Made by a program: the position numbers and the translations under genes
In this document: positions 39,521 to 51,885 of the stretch, piece by piece
Layout of the letters: every line of letters begins with the position of its first letter
Numbering within the stretch: the stretch's first letter is position 1
Assembly: GCF_006345805.1 (NCBI RefSeq)
Contig: NC_042998.1
Location: forward strand, 152,706,001-152,770,000
DNA length: 64,000 bases
From: Octopus sinensis
Taxonomy: Eukaryota
Direction of reading: 5' to 3'
Notes under the pieces: generated by a model
The model's database searches: none
The model's input: the letters and a program-made list of their open reading frames with translations, nothing else
What the model was told of the DNA's origin: nothing

Positions 39521-40328
39521 TAATTTTCTGTGGTTTTCATGTAACCAACAATTATTTACCGGTGGAATCTCCACTTATAGAAATGGAAAAAACGGTCTTT
39601 GACTGCCATTTCTAATTCCTTCGGTATGAGGCGAAACAGCTTGCTGCTAGCCAACTTATTTTTCTTTACTGAACCTTACAAAGGTCTTGACAATTATTTT
39701 GTCGTATTTACATACCGAAATTTACCGGTAAATAATTGTTGGTTACATGAAAAACCACAGGAAAATTATTTACCATTTTTATTGTATTACCATGTGGATT
39801 CCTCATTCCATTACGATTACCCAGAAGGCGCGCATGGCAGAATTTTGGAGGGAAATTTACGTTCCAGTCGTTACTTGGTTTTAACATCTGCGCACTTCCC
39901 CCCACTATCTGATGTCGCGGGGTCAGAAGTGAGGGCTGGTGGCATTTGATAAAGCTAATGAATATAGCGCTGATGACGGAATTCAAAACTCCCCTGTTTG
40001 TGATCCAGAAACACCGTGTTCGCTATTAACGGTAAGTGACTGAATTCGTATATTTGCCACTCCGGGTTTGTGTATGTGAGCCGCAAGGGCCTTCGTTTTT
40101 GGAATCTCCACTTATAGAAATGGAAAAAACGGTCTTTGACTGCCATTTCTTATTCTTCGGTATGAGGCGAAACAGCTTGCTGCTAGCCAACTTATTTTTC
40201 TTTACTATATACTGAACCTTACAAAGGTCTTGACAATTATTTTGTCGTATTTACATACCGAAATTTACCGGTAAATAATTGTTGGTTACATGAAAAACCA
40301 CAGGAAATTATTTACCATTTTTATTGTA
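39521..40328 (+). mobile_element. Retrozyme-like repeat family B: 537-bp unit, ~1.4 tandem copies, with 5' inverted stub
   Basis: ggaatctccacttatagaaatgg at 39564 and 40101 (period 537); 39521-39563 is the reverse complement of 39724-39768; contains an HHR; (TA)n flanks; no recognisable ORF. Confidence 0.75.
39964..40026 (+). ncRNA. Type I hammerhead ribozyme (family B)
   Basis: AUAGCG CUGAUGA CGGA auUCAAAAC ucccu-type loop GUUUgUGA UCCA GAAAC A ccg U GUU CGCUAU: 6-bp helix I and intact core; the first pair of stem II is a C-A mismatch. Confidence 0.75.
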
Positions 40329-40354
40329 TACATATATATATATATATACATATA

Positions 40355-40556
40355 TTGGCGTTAGGAAGGGCATCCAGCTGTAGAAACACTGCCATATCTG
40401 ACTGGCCTGGTGCAGCCTTCGGGCTTGCCAGACCCCAGTTGAACCGTCCAACCCATGCTAGCATGGAAAGCGGACGTTAAACGATGATGATGATGATGAT
40501 GATGATATACATATATATATATTATATATATATTATTTATATATATATATATACAT

Positions 40557-40622
<66 letters not shown>

Positions 40623-40961
40623 CATATATATATAGAACATCCAGCCATAGAAACATTGCCAGATCAGACTGGGCCGGGTGCAGCCTTCTGGCTTCCCAGA
40701 CCCCAGTTGAACCATCCAGCCCATGCCAGCATGGAAAGCGAACACAAAACGATGATGATGATGATGATGATATAGTGTATATATATATAATATATATATT
40801 ATACATATATATATAGAACATCCAGCCATAGAAACATTGCCAGATCAGACTGGGCCGGGTGCAGCCTTCTGGCTTCCCAGACCCCAGTTGAACCATCCAG
40901 CCCATGCCAGCATGGAAAGCGAACACAAAACGATGATGATGATGATGATGATATAGTGTAT
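40355..40961 (+). mobile_element. Three RTE-tail-derived short elements (40355-40506; identical pair at 40631 and 40812)
   Basis: Each ends ...cccatgc(c/t)agcatggaaagcg...gatgatgatg; the last two are a ~181-bp tandem duplication. Confidence 0.8.
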
Positions 40962-40986
40962 ATAATATATATATATATATATATAT

Positions 40987-42232
40987 AGGGACTGTCTAAC
41001 ACAGCTCTTACACCACATTGAACTGTAAAGCGTTCGACAGGGTAGACCATAATATCCTACTCTCAAAATTGGCAAATGTTGGAATCCGTGGAAAAGTTTT
41101 ACGCTGGATTAAGTATTTCCTGGCAAATAGAACACAACATGTTGTAGTTGATGGAGTCCACTCAAGCCCAGCAAAAGTCACCAGCGGTGTTCCCCATGGG
41201 ACTGTTTTGGGTCCGCTACTCTTCATAATTTACATAAACGACCTTTCCAGTGTCGTACATTACTGCAAAGTGAAAATATGAAGAAGCAGACCGAACTCAA
41301 CTCCAGTCTGATCTATATGCTGTGAGTCAATGGGCAGACAGAAACAAAATGCAACTGAATGAGGGAAAATTTGAGCTGATGGATTTTGGAAGAAATTCCT
41401 CACTAAAACAACCATACTCTCTTCCTTCAGGGGAACCGCTCACAGCCTCTAACAATATCAGAGACCTGGGTGTAATTGTTGATGACGATCTCAGTTGGAG
41501 TGCACACATCAACAAGAAGGTCGATATAGCTCGTAGGATGAGTTCCTGGATCTTAAGAACCTTCCAGTCCAGAGAACATGGTGTCATCATACCACTTTTC
41601 TCCTCCTTTGTACGGCCACACCTTGAATACTGCTGCCCACTGTGGTCTCCCCATACAAGACAAAACATCTCCAGAATTGAGTCACTCCAGAAGGCACTCA
41701 CTAAACGAATTGAAGGCATGGCCGCTCTCGATTATTGAGATCACCTTAAAGCCTTGAAACTTTACTCCCTCCAGCGTCGCCGTGAGCGGTACATCATTTG
41801 TAAAATGTGGAGAATATACCGCCAACTTTGCCCAAACGACCTTAACATTAGCTTCAAGGTTCATCCAAGACTGGGACCACGGGCCATACGTCCCCTGCCC
41901 AATTCAAGATCACAACATACATGTACACTGCAACATAATTTCTTCTCCTCAACAGGCCCTGCCCTATTTAACATTGTCCCAAGGGAGATCAAAGAGGAAA
42001 AGGATCCCATCAACTTTAAACGGAGTCTGGATAGATTCCTTCAAAGAATACCAGATAAGCCACCCATAATTGGATACAACTCACCCAACAAGAACTCACT
42101 ACTTGAATGGACCATAAATAAAACTTGACTTAAACAGGATTTGAATAATCCTATCAGGTGGTGCTATTAAGTTAGACATGGCCTGGACCAATCTTTGGTC
42201 GAAACATATCTAAGTTATCTAAGTTATATCTA
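40987..42232 (+). mobile_element. CR1/L2-group LINE of a second subfamily, 5' truncated, (TAAGTTATC)-like tail
   Basis: KAFDRVDH, GVPHGTVLGPLLFIIYINDL, IRDLGVIVD, VRPHLEYCCPLWSP, LYSLQRRRERY. Confidence 0.88.
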
Positions 42233-42234
42233 TA

Positions 42235-42657
42235 TTACTCTTTACTCTTTTTACTCTTTTTACTTGTTTCAGTCATTTGACTGCGGCCATGCTGGAGCAC
42301 CGCCTTTAGTCGAGCAACTCGACCCCGGGACTTATTCTTTGTAAGCCCAGTACTTATTCTATCGGTCTCTTTTGCCGAACCGCTAAGTGACGGGGATGTA
42401 AACACACCAGCATCAGTTGTCAAGCAATGCTAGGGGAACAAACACAGACACACAAACATATTCACACACACTTATATATATATACATATATACGACAGGC
42501 TTCTTTCAGTTTCCGTCTACCAAATCCACTCACAAGGCATTGGTCGGCCCGGGGCTATAGCAGAAGACACTTGCCCAAGATGCCACGCAGTGGGACTGAA
42601 CCCGGACCCATGTGGTTGGTTAGCAAGCTACTTACCAAACAGCCACTCCTGCGCCTA
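42235..42657 (-). mobile_element. Type 1 SINE, full length
   Basis: Collinear with 9932-10320; tail with (tttactc) repeats. Confidence 0.88.
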
Positions 42658-42671
42658 TATATATTCTTTTT

Positions 42672-45600
42672 TAATTTTAGTTTCAGCTCAGAGCTGCGGC
42701 CATGCTGATGCACCGCCATTTTGCGCTACACTGTTATTACTAGGAGCCTCCGCTAATATATGGCACTTGGTGAAGAATGGAGTTTGATATAGCTACTCTC
42801 ATTTGCACCTCTCGACAAGAACAGGTCCAGCTTTGATTTAAAAACCCTACATCTACTTTGTGCAAGTTCCTCAGACTCTTTGGGAGAATATTAAAAAGCT
42901 GTGGGCCCTTGAAACTCAGGCTGTTGCAGTAACTGGTCCTGAAGCGTGATGGCATTGCTGGGATCTTTGGCACTATGCAGTGTCGTCCCGTTCTGGCATT
43001 GGTGTAGCTTTCAATGCCAAAATTTGGCACAATTCCTTCCAGGATCTTCTAGATATATATTACTGCATACCTCTCCCGTCTTCTCTCCAGGGAGTAGAGT
43101 CTTAGCTGTTTCAACCTTTCCCAGTAGCTGAGCTGTTGCAAAGAGACGATCTTTTTCGTGAATCTTCTCTGGATTGCTTCAAGGTCCGCTGTTAATTTTA
43201 CACTGTTGGGTGACCATAGCTGTGAGCAGTAATCCAGGCGACTGAGGGCGAATTTCTGCCAGAGGACCATCATGGTTTCCTTATCTCTGGTTCTGAATGT
43301 TCTCAGGATCCATCCAGCCAGTCGTCTGCACTTTGTCGCCATCATGGTAATGTGCACTTGGAAAGAGGTACCATCACACATGTCAATATCCAGTTCCCTC
43401 ACTGATTTAGGCTCTGAGATTGAAATTCCCTGCGGACCAGTGTACCCTCTAAGTTTCATATTCAGTTTAAGACGCTGGTAGCACAGGGCTTGGAATTTTT
43501 CAACATTAAACTGTATATTATTATCCTGAGACAATCTGTAAACTGAGTCCAACTCCTGCAGCAGGTGTGCAACATTGCTGGGGTTCTGTATTTTCTGTGA
43601 GACTATCGTATCATCTGCATAGCTAGCCAGAGTGGCTATCCGGGCATATCTGAGAGGGCCACTATAAAAAGCAGTGATCCCAAGACAGTGCCCTGTGGAA
43701 CACTGCTCACTATTTGTGTGTTCATAGAGGTGGCTCTATTAGCCACTACTGCCTGACTCCTATCTTTTAGGAAGTCATGTAACCACACTCCAAGTTTTTC
43801 AGCTATGCCGAGGTCACGCAGTTTGTGGCATATCATACCATGATCCACCTTGCCAAAAGCTTTTGCAAAATCAAGGTAGATTATGTCCACATTTGATTTG
43901 TTGAGTAACTGCCTCAACACCCAGTCATAATGTTGTAAGAGCTGGGCTAAGCAGCTCCTACGTGGTCAAAAACCATGTTGGGTATCACTTAGCAAGTTAT
44001 TTTTTTCAAGGAATGGGATTAGTTTCCTCCTGACTATCCATTCCATGACTTTGTTGATGTGTGAAGTCAGAGAGATAGGCCTATAGCTTTTGGCATCTGC
44101 TCTACTTCCCCCTTTATGTATTGGGCATATTATTCCCCACTTCAGCTTTCTTGGCAGTTTGCCATTTGTAAGAAAGCTCTGGAAGAGAATCATGAGGGAT
44201 TTTGCCAGGGCATGTTTACACGATTTGAGGAGGATTGCTGGGAAACTGTCAGGACCAGTAGTTGAGTTTGTGTCCACTTCATCTATGGCTAGTAGTACAT
44301 ATTCTTCGCTAATGTCAATTTATTCTATTGTAACTGCCTCGCTGGTTATAGGCGAGGCGGCAAAGAAGTCCACTAGTTCATTCGCTTGTCTGTATTCCAA
44401 CGGGGTGGTAAAGACAATTTTGAACTGGTCATTTAGAATCTCACTGATCTTAGTTGGACTGTCTGTGAGGAAGCCATCCTTTTGGAGGAGGGGTCCTATC
44501 TTGTAGTGTACTGAGGCTGTTTCTTTCACGTAATGAAAGAAGGCCTTTGGGTTTGACTTAATGTTTTTTATAAGCCAGGCTTCTTTCTCTGCTTTCTCCC
44601 TCACATAGGATTGTTGCAGCCATTTTTCAATCTCTATCAGTGTTGTTTTTAGGCGGGACATTTCGCTGCTTTTTGATGTTGGTTGAGTCAATTTGCAACC
44701 TTCATCCATCATCTCATGAGGATCTTCCTATCTCTTGGAATCTTGTCCTATTTGTTTTGGCCTTGTGCTCCAGGACATATTTCTGGCATATGGCTTGCAC
44801 AGAAGACATGAAACATTCTAGTTTCATGTCAATGTCTGGTGTGGAGAGACATTTCGGCCAGTCCTCTCTGAGGATCTCTTTTTGGATTGATTTCCAATCT
44901 GCTTTGTAGAAGTTCAGATTGGAGAGATTTCGGGTGCTTCCTTTAGGCTGTATGTCTCTGGTTACTTTCGGCCCAAGCATAGACAGCTCTATTATATTGT
45001 GATCCGAGACTAATGTTGGTGTCACTTTCACATCATGAATGATGTCCATATTGTTTGCGAAGCAGAGATCCAGAATGTTATTCGCCCGATTTGGTTTGAG
45101 TACAACTTGCTCCATGAATAAGGCATTGGTGAGTTTGAGCAGGGACTCCACCTGTGCTTGCTTGCAATGAGTCATTCCTGAGAGTATGAGACCTTCGGGC
45201 TATTTGACGTTGGGGAAGTTGAAATCACCCATAAGAAATATGGTCATGTGGTGTTCCAGATTCATGAGGATTTCTTTAATTCTTGTGAGGCAATCTTCAA
45301 ACTTGCCTATGTGGTTTGGAGCATACGGTGGGCAATATGTATACAGCAATTCCACCATGGCTCCTTTCCCTTCTGTCAGTCCGCAATATGGCATAGTTTG
45401 GTATGTGTACTTCTGCGTCCTCTATGTCAGGGCTGACGTGAGTTTCCACAAGTGCTATGCATAGGGCTTGATTGCATGTAGTAAGATCTCTCAGGAAAGA
45501 AATTTTGCTTTTATTTTGATGCAACAGGCCCCCAATATTTAGTAAAAGTATTGGGGTGATGACTGTGCAGGCGTTAGGGGAGGCCATCCCGTGTATGTTG

Positions 45601-45759
45601 ACTGTGGTGGTCTTGCATAGTGGTGGGCAAGGTTCCTTCTTTGTGCTTGGTGCAGCCAAGTTAGCTGCTGGACAATCATTTGCGCCATGCACAAAAAACT
45701 CTTGCTCAGCTGCTGCGTTGCGCAGAACATCTGAGGTGCACACTTCTTTTTGAAATATA

Positions 45760-45760
<1 letters not shown>
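42672..45760 (-). mobile_element. CR1/L2-group LINE, near-complete ORF2 (APE + RT) with frameshifts, stops and internal deletion
   Basis: APE motifs LLNIGGL...IALVETH...RTDR...GGIAVYI and MGDFNFP; RT YLDFAKAF, VPQGTVLG; 3' end ggcggtgcatcagcatggccgcagctctgagctgaaac. Confidence 0.9.
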
Positions 45761-45799
<39 letters not shown>

Positions 45800-45839
45800 A
45801 TATATATAATATATATCTATATATACATATATATATATA

Positions 45840-48800
45840 TAAAGTTAATCCAAACAAGAAAACACAAAAAAAATACAACAACGCAAGGACGTGGAACAAA
45901 TAAAGTATTAATGGATGCTCAGGAAAGAAGGGAAGAAGGAGGTGTTAACGTTTCGAGCGGAGCTCTTCGTCGGAAACATAGGAGAAGGAAAGATCCCAAG
46001 AAGGGAAGACAGAGGAAAAAAAATCGCCAGCGGTACTCACGAGGTCACATATCAAAAGACCGGAAGTAGTAAGGTGGAAGAATAATGTTTTTTAAAAACA
46101 GGAGAGTTTTCAAAGACAGTAGGTAGTATGTCAAAGACAAGGAAAGTGAGAGGGGGAATGTGTGTGGATGTGTGCGTGCGTGGAGGTCTACGTGTGCGCA
46201 TGTGTGTGTATGTGTGCAATGATGACACGTGTGTGTGTGTGTGTGTGCGTGTGTGTGTGTATATGTGAAGGGCGAACGACTGGCTAGTAGCTGGCCAGTA
46301 GTAAGAATAAGGAGTGGTGTTTTTTGTGTTCAGCCACAGGTCAAGACAAAGAGGTATGTGTGTGTGCGTGTATGTATATGTATCGTCTGTGTGTTTTGTT
46401 TGTAGTGTGTGTGTGTGTATGTGTGTTTGTGTATGCGTAGAGTTTGGGTGTGTGCATGGTGTGCGTGTGTGTGTGCATGCGTGTGCATGTTTTTGTGTGC
46501 GTATGTGTGTGTGTGTACGTATGTGTATGTGTGCGTGCACATGTAGGTATATATTGTGTGTATGCATGTGTTGGTGTGTATGTGAATTTGTGCGTGTGTA
46601 CATGCGTGTGAGTGAATGTATGTATATATGTGCGTGTGTGTACAAATGTAGATGTTTATATGTGTATATATATGTATGCAAGCACACACTTTATAATTGA
46701 AAGATTGATGGAAAAAAAATTGGTATGGGTGTATGTGAATCCACAGGCACACACACACACACTGACGTACGCCTGCAATACAGCCAACCCCATATGCATG
46801 TATGTATGTATGTGTGTGTATGGATGTATGTATGTGTGCATGCGTGTATGTGTGTAAGTGTGTGTGTGTGTATGTATGTATGTATGTATGTGTGTATGTA
46901 TGTGTGTTTGTGTGTGTGTATGTGTGTATGTATGTGTGTATGTATGTGTGTATGTATGTGTATGTATGTGTATGTGTGTGTATGTGTGTGTGTATGTATG
47001 TATGTATGAATGTATGTATGTGTGTGTACGTATGTATGTGTGTGTGAATGTATGCGTGTGGGGTTTTTTCTGGAGTTGTGTGGGCGTAATGTACATGCGT
47101 GCGCTTACGTGCGTGTGTCTCTCTGCTAGGTGTTTATAAGAGTGTGCGTATCTGTATGAGTATTGTTTGTTGGTGTGTGTGCACGGGCATGTGTGCGTGC
47201 GCGTGGGGGTGTGTGTATAGGTGTGGAAGTATGTGTGCGTACATGTGCATGTAGGTTGTATGTGTGTGGTGTGTTGGAAGTAGGTGTAGTCGTGGATACA
47301 TGAGTATGTGTGTGTGTGTTTCTGTATAAGGACAAAAAATATAAAAAAAAAAGTTGCTAGTGGGGAGAGGTGGAGTGCAGTCACTAAGAGGAGGGGGCTG
47401 TGTTGAGTCCGTGTGGGGTATTGGTCTGTAGAGTGAAAATGAATCATTGCTCCAAGTGGAGCCTGGATTGTGGAGGACCGTTGTGTGGGGCGAGACCAAA
47501 CACAGAGATGTCATCGGGGGAATGGCTGGCCGAGCAGAAGTGACGTGCGACGGGAGAATTGGACCATAGACGAACATCCCTTAGATGTTCGGCGAATCGG
47601 TCTGACAACCGGTGTCCCGTCTGTCCTATATACAGCATTCCGCAGATGTTGCATTTAATGCAGTATATGAGACCAGACGAAGTGCACGTAAAAGAATGTC
47701 TGATACGTACAGTTCGCTGGTTGGAACCGGTGACAGCAGTGGTGTTGGTGATGAAGGGGCAGGTGTTGCAGCGGGATCTGGAGCACGGGAAGGATCCGTG
47801 TTGGGCAGAGGGGGAAGAAGAGAGAGTGCTACGGACCAGGATCTCACGTAGATTCCGGGCTCGTTTGAAGGAGGACAGGGGTGGGTTGGGGAAAATGGGG
47901 CGGGTCGTGGGATCGAGCTGGAGACGACGGAAGGCACGTAGTATCTTCCAACGAAGGGGTAGAGTAGAGGGGTGGAAAAGGAGTGGAAAGGGGGTGCAGT
48001 TGGGGGGGGGGTGAGAGGAAGGAGAAAGGGCGGTGGTGCGGTCGATGCGACGAGCACGGGCGAGGGTGTTCAAGACCAGGGTAGGTGGGTATCCTCGATG
48101 CCTGAATAGGCGGGCCAGGTATTGAGACTGGGTCTCGAAATCCTGGTCGCGGCTGCACAAGCGTCGGAGGCGGAGGAACTGGGAGTAGGGGATGGTCCGT
48201 TTGGTGTGGAAGGGATGGGAGGAGGAGAAGTTGAGATAGAGGTGGGAATCCGTGGATTTGAAGAAGGCGGAGGAGGTGAGAGAGTGGGAGGGGTGGTCGA
48301 TGCTGAGAGAGATATCAAGGAAGTTGACAGAGGTATTGGAGATGGTGGAAGTGAATTGTAGAGAGGGGTGGAAGTTAGAGAGGAAAGAGATGAAGTGGCA
48401 GAGTTGTTCGCGGGAAAGGGAGGTGGCGCCTATGCAGTCGTCTATGTAGCGACCGTATAGTTCTGGGGAGCCCGGAGAATTGGGAGAATACTTGGGCCTC
48501 AATGTAGCCAACAAAGAGATTGGCGAAATTGGGGCCCATTATCGTTCCCATCGCGACCCCAGACAACTGTTGGTATGTTTCCCTGGCGAACATGAAACAG
48601 TTGAGGGTGAGGATGAGCTCTGCCAGGCGGAGAAGGGTGGGGGTGCTGGGGGTGGGGTCAGGACGATGGTCGAAAAAGTGTTGGAGGGCTAAGAGACCAT
48701 CATTGTGGGGAATTACTGTATACAGGGATTTTATGTCTAAGGTGAAGAGGAGGTGTGAGGGGCTGGAAGGGAAGGAAAAGGAATTGAAGAGATGGAGGGC

Positions 48801-51120
48801 GTGGTTGGTGTCATGTATGTGGGATGGGAGGGCTGCGACTAAGGGGGACAGGATGCGGTCAAGGTATAGGGAAAGGTGTTCAGTGGGGCAATTACAGGCG
48901 GAAACGATAGGGCGGCCAGGGTTATTGGGTTTATGAATTTTGGGAAGGAAATAGATTGTGGAGGTGCGGGGTGTGTGGACGATGAGGTTGGTGGCGGTGG
49001 GGGGGAGAGCAGAAGAGGAGATGAGGCCGTGGATGGTGGGGGACACTCGCTGTTGGTAGGAAGAAGTGGGATCGGAGGGGATGAGGCAATAGATGAGGGG
49101 ATTTTGAAGCTGGCTGAGCGCTTCCTCCCTGTATAGATCTGCGCGCCACACCACCACTGCTCCGCCTTTGTCCGCCGGTTTGATGACAATGTCATTGCGG
49201 CGACGGAGGTGGCGAAGGGCAATCAATTCAGCCCAAGTGAGGTTGTCTCAGAGAGGTCTTTTTTTAAAGTTAAACTGGTTGACCAACGCGTTGCAGTCGT
49301 TCACGAACAAATCTAGGCTACTGAATTGGCCTGGGGGCGGCGTCCAGTTGGATGGGCAGTGCCCCAGCTCCAAAAGGCAATCCTTATTGTCGTGACGCTG
49401 CAGGACGTGTGGAAGAATGCGCAAAGTTTGAGGCGGCGCAGGAACTGGTTGACGTCGGTCCGAGTCACGAATTCGTCAGTGGCGTGTGAGAGGCGTGAAG
49501 TGGAGTCCCTTACTGAGGAGAGAGCGCTCGGCAGCGGAGAGGGGGAGATTGGGGGGTATAGTAACAACAGTGCAAGGAAGCGGGGGGTCAGGAAGAGGGG
49601 TGCAGAGGTGTGGGGAGGAGAGTTGGGGTGGTTGGGTGAAGATGGGGTAGGCGTAGGAAGGTCAGGGTGGGGTGTGTGTGGGTCCGTAGAGGGGGAAGGG
49701 GGAGGGGTGGTGGGTGCGGGATAGAAGGGAGTCGGGGGAGCTGGAGGGGAAGGAGGTGAAGGGTTGAGGAGGTGGTGGAGTTTTTTGTTTTTTGTGTGTG
49801 TGAGGAAATTGTGAAGTTGGTGGTTGAGATTAAGAATGAAGCGGAGAATAGGTTGGGTGAAGAGTGGAGGGCAGAGGGAGGAGAGGAGGTAAGCCTGGGG
49901 AAGTTGGTGGTCAAGGGAGTGAAGGAGAGAGCGAGTGGAACGGATGGTTGCACGGATGAGGAGGCAGGAAGTGCGGGCGAGGGTGGGTTCGATGAGGAGG
50001 AGGAATAGGGGTGGCGTTGAATTCCAAGAGGAAGCCATGGGGTGTGATGTGATGGCGGAGGCAACGGCTGAGGAAGGAGAGATGGCTAGAGTGGTGAGTT
50101 TTTTTAAAAAGTAAGTGAGAAAGTTTTTTGCGGGTTGTAAGCATTGGGCGGGGAAAAAAGCGAGACAGCGGCTAAGAAGGGATTGAAGGTGTTGGACAAA
50201 CGAGTGCAAGTGGTGGTGACCCAAGTGGGAAAATGGAGGTAGAAGAAGAAAGGTAAAGAAGGAAAAAGTACGAGAAAAAAAGTTTGAGGAAAAAAGTTCA
50301 AGGGAAAAAAAGTTTGAGGAAAAATGTTATTGTATTGTCACGGACAGATTCTTTTGATTTCCAATCACGATTTCAGTGGCGTACTCTGGAAGAATGGTAA
50401 CAGTAATCCGTAGGTGTAAAAATCCAGGAATTCGTATCCAAGGCACTCAGTATCCATGTGAGCGTGCGGTATATAAAGTTAATCCAAACAAGAAAACACA
50501 AAAAAAACACAACGCAAGGACGTGGAACAAATAAAGGACGTAAGGACGTAAGAACAAATAAAGGACGCAAGGACGTGGAACAAATGGATGCTCAGGAAAG
50601 AAGGGAAGAAGGAGGGCTTAATGTTTCGAGCGGAGCTCTTCGTAAGAAACATAGGAGAAGGAAAGATCTCGAGAAGGGAAGACAGAGGAAAAAAAATCGC
50701 CAGCGGTACTCACGAGGTCACATATCGAAAGACCAGAAGTAGAAAGGTGGAAGAATAATGTTTTTTAAAAACAGGAGAGTTTTCAAAGACAGTAGGTAGT
50801 GTGTCAAAGACAAGGAAAGTGAGAGGGGGAATGTGTGTGGATGTGTGCGTGCGCGGAGGTCTGCGTGTGTGTGTATGTGTGCAATGATGACACGTGTGTG
50901 TGTAGGGTGAACAACTGGCTAGTAGCTGGCCAGTAGTAAGAATAAGGAGTGGTGTTTTTTGTGTCCAGCCACAGGTCAAAACAAAGAGGTATGTGTGTGC
51001 GTGTATGTGTGTGGTCGTGTGTATATGCGTAGAGTTTGGGTGTGTGGCGAGTAACTGTGCTTAACTTAGTGTATGTGTGCGTGTGTGCTTGTACGTGCGT
51101 GTGTATGTAAATATATGTAT
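45840..51120 (-). mobile_element. Near full-length Penelope-like element with direct terminal repeats (45840-46400; 50470-51120)
   Basis: Three consecutive frameshifted ORFs: N-terminal (49313-50224), RT (IKPADKGG, YFLPKIHK, LDIKSLYT, GVAMG; 48375-49226), and RYIDD + GIY-YIG (IYCIKC...LYIGQT...RFAEH; 47444-48514). Confidence 0.93.
45942..45978 (-). ncRNA. Minimal HHR motif (CCGACGA core) in 3' PLE terminal repeat; a further-mutated copy is at 50615-50651
   Basis: UGUUU CCGACGA A GAGC UCC GCUC GAAAC GUU AACAC. Confidence 0.5.
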
Positions 51121-51224
51121 GTATAATTGTGTGCCATGTGTATGGGACGTATATGTGGGTTCATTTATATTATATAATATATATTATAATATTATATTTA
51201 TATATATATGATATACATATATAC

Positions 51225-51885
51225 ATTTGTACGATGCATGTGTGCAAACTGCCATGCTTCATGGCAGTGAAACGTGGGCTGTGACTGTGGAGGACATGCG
51301 TAGGCTTGAAAAAGATGAAGATAGCATGATCCGCTGGATGTGTAATGCACGACAGAGTGTAAGCACCCTGAGAGAATTGTTGGGCATAAGAAGCATCGGA
51401 TGCAGCATGCAGGAGGGACGATTGCGTTGGTATGGTCATGTACTATGGATGGATGAGAGATTTGTGAAGAAGTGCCACTCCCAAAATGTTGAACGAATCC
51501 GAGCTATAAGTAGACCCAGGAAGACATGGGACGAGATGGTCAAGCATGACCTTCGTACGTTGAGCCTCACAGAGGCTATGACGAAAGACCGAGACCTCTG
51601 GGGATATGCTGTGACTTAGAAGACCAAACAAATGAAGTGAGTTCGTGGCTTGCAGGATTGCAGGATGGCCTTCTGTGCTTGAGGAGACCTATTGTGTCAA
51701 GTTCATCAACATCAAAATAAAAATTTGTGTGGATATTGTAGTTGTGATACCCATGCTGGTGGCACGTAGGGCCTCACAGAGAAAATGACGAAGACCGAGA
51801 CACCTGAGATATGCTGTGATTGTGAAGACCCAACAAATGAAGTGAGTTCATGGCTCGCAGGATGGCCTACTGTGCTAACCTTGGA
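51225..51885 (+). mobile_element. RTE 3' coding fragment with short internal duplication
   Basis: ORF 51227-51619: YDACVQTAMLHGSETW...RLRWYGHV...PRKTW. Confidence 0.85.

Noticed and set aside
39599-39986. 116-aa and 92-aa ORFs inside repeat family B
   Set aside because: No motifs, alternative starts and overlapping antisense frames; chance ORFs in a structured non-coding repeat.
9932-42657. tRNA genes suggested by A/B-box-like motifs
   Set aside because: They are SINE heads; I could not fold a complete cloverleaf.
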